Part shown: positions 7,751 to 11,693 of the stretch, piece by piece | Numbering within the stretch: the first letter of the stretch is position 1 | Layout of the letters: every line of letters begins with the position of its first letter | Assembly: GCA_046861395.1 (NCBI GenBank) | Contig: JBHHUC010000062.1 | Coordinates: forward strand, 1-11,693 | DNA from: Fidelibacterota bacterium | Lineage (GTDB): Bacteria > Fidelibacterota > Marinisomatia > Marinisomatales > JABMOV01 | Direction of reading: 5' to 3' | DNA length: 11,693 nucleotides | Translations under genes and position numbers: made by a program | The notes under the pieces: generated by a model | What the model saw: only the letters and a program-made list of their open reading frames with translations | Told to the model about the DNA's origin: nothing | Database searches by the model: none

Positions 7751-8817
7751 TCGAACGAAAAACAACAAAGCAAGTCTGGGTAGGCAATATACCGGTGGGA
7801 GGCGGAGCTGCCATACCGGTGCAGTCGATGACAACAACGAAAACCGACGATTTTGACAGTACCATCCGTCAAATTGAAGCATTGGAAGAAGCCGGTTGTC
7901 AGATAATTCGTGTTACGGTACCGGATAAAGCGGCAGCCAAAACACTGGCAGCGATCAGGAAGCGGATGACCGTTCCTCTGGTGGCCGATATTCATTTTAA
8001 TTATCGCATGGCCCTGGAGGCCGTGGATGCCGGGGCCGACAAGATCCGCATCAATCCCGGCAACATCGGGAACAAGGAACGGGTTAAGGAAGTGTTGACC
8101 AAGGTTATGTCCGCTGGATTACCCATTCGTATTGGGGTAAATGCCGGGTCGCTGGAAAAGGATTTGATTGAAAAATACGGCTATCCCACTGCCGAAGCGA
8201 TGGTAGAAAGTGCCGAACGTCATATTCGCATCTGTCAGGAAAACGGATTTGAAGATATTATCGTTTCATTAAAGTCATCCAATGCTGGTTTAATGATTGA
8301 GGCCTACCGTTTATTTTCCGAAAAGTTTGATTATCCCCTGCATCTTGGTGTAACGGAAGCCGGTCCGAAAGCCGCCGGTTCCATCAAGTCCGCCGTAGGG
8401 ATTGGCACCCTCCTGGCCGAGGGAATCGGCGATACGATCCGCGTCAGTCTGACCGATGATCCGGTGGAAGAAGTCTACGCCGGATTCGAAATTCTCAAAT
8501 CGCTGGGACTGGCCAGCAAAGGCGTGACTATTGTGGCCTGCCCGACCTGCGGGCGACTGGAAGTGGATTTGTTTTCCATTGCCCAGACCATGGAAAAACG
8601 ATTGAAACATGTCAAGACCCCCATGTCCGTTGCGTTGATGGGCTGCGCCGTGAATGGTCCCGGGGAAGCATCTCATACCGATCTGGGAATCGCATTTGGA
8701 AAAGGGGCGGGCCATTTATATTATAAGGGGCAAAATAGGGGTAAGGTTTCCGAAAAAGAGGCATTTGAAAAGTTGGAAGAAATGATTGAACAATTTGAAT
8801 CAGAATCTTCAGAGTGA
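7747..8817 (+). CDS. ispG: (E)-4-hydroxy-3-methylbut-2-enyl-diphosphate synthase (two-domain short form)
   Basis: Motifs VQSMT, ADIHF, RINPGNIG, RIGVNAGSLE, PLHLGVTEAG, GIGDTIRVSL, Fe-S ligands CPTCGR and GCAVNGPGEA. Confidence 0.97.
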   Translation: MIERKTTKQVWVGNIPVGGGAAIPVQSMTTTKTDDFDSTIRQIEALEEAGCQIIRVTVPDKAAAKTLAAIRKRMTVPLVADIHFNYRMALEAVDAGADKIRINPGNIGNKERVKEVLTKVMSAGLPIRIGVNAGSLEKDLIEKYGYPTAEAMVESAERHIRICQENGFEDIIVSLKSSNAGLMIEAYRLFSEKFDYPLHLGVTEAGPKAAGSIKSAVGIGTLLAEGIGDTIRVSLTDDPVEEVYAGFEILKSLGLASKGVTIVACPTCGRLEVDLFSIAQTMEKRLKHVKTPMSVALMGCAVNGPGEASHTDLGIAFGKGAGHLYYKGQNRGKVSEKEAFEKLEEMIEQFESESSE

Positions 8818-8824
8818 GGATATC

Positions 8825-9259
8825 ATGAAAAATATCATGTTCTTATTATTGTTATTGTCCTGGTTTGTTCCGGCCCAAGATCCAAAACCAGTTGCCGGTT
8901 CACCGATTGTTATTTACTGGAAAACATTGACGCCGGAAGAGAAGGAAGTCTTTTTATTCAGTTATTTAACCCAGGTATATGATACCTACACGGCCATGAA
9001 AAAAGAATTAGGATATAATGAAGTGACACAGTGGTATTATCAGCATAAGGCCGAACTTGTTTTCGGTGTTTTTGAACCGTTGGAAACAGCCAAGATGTCT
9101 GAACTGGTAGGCTGGATTGATGAATATTATCGACATGATGAATTCATGGATAAACCTTTCAATGATGCCCTGGATTTTGCTTTTCGTTTTCAGGAGGCGG
9201 CGGGAGAATCTCTGTGGGAAAAATATGAAAACCTCAATCGGGGAGAAATAAATCCATAG
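8825..9259 (+). CDS. Exported hypothetical protein (144 aa, probably all-alpha)
   Basis: Start reassigned from 8786 to ATG 8825: SD-like GAGGA at 8816-8820 overlaps the ispG stop, and the product then begins with a signal peptide MKNIMFLLLLLSWFVPA. Confidence 0.78.
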   Translation: MKNIMFLLLLLSWFVPAQDPKPVAGSPIVIYWKTLTPEEKEVFLFSYLTQVYDTYTAMKKELGYNEVTQWYYQHKAELVFGVFEPLETAKMSELVGWIDEYYRHDEFMDKPFNDALDFAFRFQEAAGESLWEKYENLNRGEINP

Positions 9260-9260
9260 C

Positions 9261-9452
9261 ATGTTTTTGCATCGCCCTGAATTTATCAAAGAATGGACCG
9301 CAATACTCAAAACAGGTGGCTTCAAATACCTTGTAAAAGAAAAAGGTGTTTCCGTTCTGATCGCCTTTGTCCTGTTTTATCTGATACGTGATTCCATTCT
9401 TTATGTGATACTTCCTTACTTGTCCTTCCGGGGGATAGTATCATGCTATTGA
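9261..9452 (+). CDS. Small (63 aa) hypothetical membrane protein
   Basis: Starts 1 nt after the previous stop, fills the operon gap; basic N-terminus then hydrophobic VSVLIAFVLFYLIRDSILYVILPYL. Confidence 0.7.
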   Translation: MFLHRPEFIKEWTAILKTGGFKYLVKEKGVSVLIAFVLFYLIRDSILYVILPYLSFRGIVSCY

Positions 9453-9508
9453 ACCTTTGATATTTTCCCGCCACAGCGGGTGTGAAATCTAATGTATAGG
9501 AGAGTGGT

Positions 9509-11050
9509 ATGCCTGCGAAAGTATATAGCAGTGCGGTCATGGGTATCGATGCCTATATCGTGGAAGCTGAAGTACACATTACTCACACGCAAACCCCTAA
9601 ATATAATACGGTAGGACTGCCGGAAGGTGCTGTAAAGGAAAGCAAGGAGCGTGTCCGGGCCGCTATACAGAATACGGGTTATCCCTTTCCTGCCCGGCGG
9701 ATTACCGTTAATCTGGCGCCGGCCGATATCCGGAAGGAGGGATCAGCCTTTGATGCACCCATCGCGATCGGCATTTTGTGTGAACAGGGACATGTGAGTC
9801 GCAAATATTTATCAAGTCTATTAATCGTGGGAGAGCTGGCTTTGGATGGAACGCTTCGTCCGGTAAAAGGTGTATTACCTATTGCCGTAGCCACCCGCGA
9901 TGCCGGTATCAAAGGAATAATTCTGCCGCAACAGAATGCCAGAGAAGCTGCCGTTGTGGATCATATCAAAGTCATTGGTGTCGGTTCGTTGCGTGAGATT
10001 ATTCAGATTCTGAATGGTGAAATAGTCCCGGTTCCAATGCAAGTTGATCGGGCTGCTTTGTTTCATCAGGCCAAGAATTATCCGATGGATTTTGCCGATG
10101 TGAAAGGGCAGGAGCAGGTTAAACGTGCCCTGGAAGTTGCGGTAGCGGGGGGACATAATGTAATTATGATAGGTCCACCGGGAAGCGGAAAAACCATGCT
10201 GGCCAAACGTATCCCCACGATCATTCCCGATCTTAGTCTGGCGGAGGCTTTGGAAACAACAAAAATCCATTCCGTGGCGGGACTGATCTCAGAAAATCAA
10301 AGTTTGATCGGGAAAAGGCCCTTCCGTGCACCGCATCATACCATCAGCGATGCCGGATTAATCGGCGGGGGACAGATACCCCGTCCGGGCGAAGTCAGTC
10401 TGGCCCATCATGGCGTATTGTTTCTGGATGAATTACCGGAATTCCGTAAGAATGTTCTGGAAGTGATGCGGCAGCCGTTGGAGGATGGTGCAGTTACTAT
10501 TGCAAGAGCGGCGATTTCATTGACTTACCCGGCACGATTCATGTTGGTAGCAGCTATGAATCCCTGTCCCTGCGGATATTCCACTGACACTCAGAATGAA
10601 TGCTCCTGCACATCTCAGATGATTCAGAAATACATGTCCAGAATATCGGGACCACTGATGGATCGTATCGACATTCATGTGGAAGTACCGGCCGTACATT
10701 TTACGGAATTATCCCAAAAGCCACAGGGCGAACCGTCACAGAAAATTAAGCAGAGAGTACAGCGGGCCCGGGAAATTCAAATCAAACGGTTTGCCCGACA
10801 GGACGATATTTTTTCCAATTCCCAAATGGATACGAAAATGATCCAGTCGCATTGTCATCTGGGTCAACAATCCGTGTCCCTATTGCATACAGCTATGGAA
10901 AAGCTAGGTCTGTCGGCCCGTGCCTATGATCGCATTTTAAAAGTTTCTCGCACCATAGCCGACCTGGATGATGAAAAAAATATTCTATCTCACCATATCG
11001 CAGAAGCAATACAATACCGAAGTCTGGATCGGAAATTGTGGCTCGCCTAG
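9509..11050 (+). CDS. comM: ComM/YifB-family Mg-chelatase-like AAA+ ATPase (competence helicase family)
   Basis: SD AGGAG 9498-9502. Motifs VGLPEGAVKESKERV, ITVNLAPADIRKEG, GELALDG, Walker A GPPGSGKT, RPFRAPHH, PGEVSLAHHGVLFLDE, AAMNPCPCG, SGPLMDRID, SARAYDRILKVSRTIADL. Confidence 0.95.
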   Translation: MPAKVYSSAVMGIDAYIVEAEVHITHTQTPKYNTVGLPEGAVKESKERVRAAIQNTGYPFPARRITVNLAPADIRKEGSAFDAPIAIGILCEQGHVSRKYLSSLLIVGELALDGTLRPVKGVLPIAVATRDAGIKGIILPQQNAREAAVVDHIKVIGVGSLREIIQILNGEIVPVPMQVDRAALFHQAKNYPMDFADVKGQEQVKRALEVAVAGGHNVIMIGPPGSGKTMLAKRIPTIIPDLSLAEALETTKIHSVAGLISENQSLIGKRPFRAPHHTISDAGLIGGGQIPRPGEVSLAHHGVLFLDELPEFRKNVLEVMRQPLEDGAVTIARAAISLTYPARFMLVAAMNPCPCGYSTDTQNECSCTSQMIQKYMSRISGPLMDRIDIHVEVPAVHFTELSQKPQGEPSQKIKQRVQRAREIQIKRFARQDDIFSNSQMDTKMIQSHCHLGQQSVSLLHTAMEKLGLSARAYDRILKVSRTIADLDDEKNILSHHIAEAIQYRSLDRKLWLA

Positions 11051-11100
11051 TAAAATATTACAAAAATAATGTAAAATAATATATATTGGCAAAATACTAC

Positions 11101-11130
11101 TTGCATTGTATAAATATATGCATGTAGAAT
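11101..11130 (+). promoter_or_regulatory. Putative sigma70-type promoter for the downstream lipoprotein gene
   Basis: TTGCAT (11101-11106), 18-nt spacer, TAGAAT (11125-11130), preceded by an AT-rich UP-like tract 11051-11100. Confidence 0.55.
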
Positions 11131-11148
11131 TAAGCCGCTTAGGAAAGA

Positions 11149-11172
11149 ATCATTGATAGGATTTTCAATGAT
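11149..11172. repeat. Perfect 8-bp inverted repeat (candidate operator or 5'-UTR hairpin)
   Basis: ATCATTGA (11149-11156), 8-nt spacer TAGGATTT, TCAATGAT (11165-11172). The repeat is directly visible; its function is inferred. Confidence 0.55.
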
Positions 11173-11188
11173 AGTCCAAACCAAATCC

Positions 11189-11195
11189 AAGGAGG
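11189..11195 (+). promoter_or_regulatory. Strong Shine-Dalgarno site
   Basis: AAGGAGG(T) directly upstream of ATG 11200. Confidence 0.8.
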
Positions 11196-11199
11196 TACT

Positions 11200-11693
11200 A
11201 TGAAAAAGATATTTGTTGTCGTCGGACTTTTATTGGTCATATCGTGTAATACAGGTCCGTACACCAGTGGACCGGATCAGCAGACATTTACCGGAACAAC
11301 CTATAATATTACACCGGGAGAATTATGTACGCATAATTTATCATCCTTTCGCGGAACGCCGGCCGCCGATGTTGTTTCCGCTCCAACCGGAACGGTTTAT
11401 GAATGCACTTCCAGTGAAGTTCATGTTTGTACCGGTGGACAGACTGTAACTGTTGGTCATTTTGTTGATAATACACAGAGCGAACCTTTTACCCTGCAAT
11501 TGCACAGTGACACTGAATTCAGTGTTAGTGGTTCTGGCCTGGTTGAGATTATTGATCCTGTCAATGTTTCCATTCTGGATGCTGACGGGAATTGGGTACC
11601 CATCACGACCAGTGGATCATACACAACGGATGGTATTCTGGTTGGTGTTGGTGGTTCGGCTACTGTTTCGACCACAGATGTTGTTATTGTTGA
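11200..11693 (+). CDS. Putative lipoprotein, Thr/Ser/Gly/Val-rich and acidic (3'-truncated by window edge; absent from ORF track)
   Basis: Hand translation is open to the end (164 codons): MKKIFVVVGLLLVISCNTGPYTSGPDQQTFTGTTYNITPGELCTHNL...GSATVSTTDVVIV. Strong SD, n/h-region and lipobox-like VIS-C16 (TGT 11245-11247). Confidence 0.85.
   Translation, partial: MKKIFVVVGLLLVISCNTGPYTSGPDQQTFTGTTYNITPGELCTHNLSSFRGTPAADVVSAPTGTVYECTSSEVHVCTGGQTVTVGHFVDNTQSEPFTLQLHSDTEFSVSGSGLVEIIDPVNVSILDADGNWVPITTSGSYTTDGILVGVGGSATVSTTDVVIV

Noticed and set aside
7283..7882. 199-aa minus-strand ORF, and the other antisense or alternate-frame ORFs in the track
   Set aside because: They overlap well-supported + strand genes, show no motifs and read as shadow ORFs.
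8786..8824. Upstream start for the hypothetical protein
   Set aside because: Overlaps ispG and buries the signal peptide; ATG 8825 has an SD.
6556..8836. Identical 12-nt gene starts ATGAAAAATATC at 6556 and 8825
   Set aside because: Explained by the common signal-peptide start MKNI; similarity does not extend.
9467..9480. Hairpin CCCGC-CACA-GCGGG before comM as a terminator
   Set aside because: Only a 5-bp stem and no following U-tract on either strand.
625..10980. Homopolymer runs (G6 at 625-630; A7 at 5026, 5152 and 10974) as phase-variation or frameshift sites
   Set aside because: Short, in-frame within intact genes, and explained by Gly/Lys codons.
11213..11675. Track ORFs 11213..11449 (+) and 11457..11675 (-)
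   Set aside because: Shadows of the better-supported frame starting at ATG 11200 with SD and lipoprotein signal.

Overview
An 11.7-kb bacterial chromosomal segment in which every credible gene lies on the + strand, mostly tightly coupled. Order: 3' part of waaA/kdtA (Kdo transferase), a fused two-domain ECF-like ABC ATPase with no permease in view, a PgsA-family CDP-alcohol phosphatidyltransferase, short-form ftsY, rimO, two exported TPR proteins (the first with a ~100-aa Lys/Arg/Pro tract), a possible 21-aa bridging ORF, short-form ispG, an exported hypothetical protein, a 63-aa membrane protein and an intact comM. After an AT-rich spacer with a sigma70-like promoter and inverted repeats, a lipoprotein gene missed by the ORF track starts at 11200 and runs off the end. 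ftsY-rimO adjacency and Gln-starting mature exported proteins suggest an FCB-group Gram-negative, possibly Marinimicrobia-like (inference). I saw no RNA gene, CRISPR array or mobile element. Most of the window is housekeeping, and no new system can be proven from sequence alone. The best leads are the orphan asymmetric ABC ATPase coupled to two lipid-synthesis genes, the polycationic exported TPR protein, and the regulated acidic lipoprotein.
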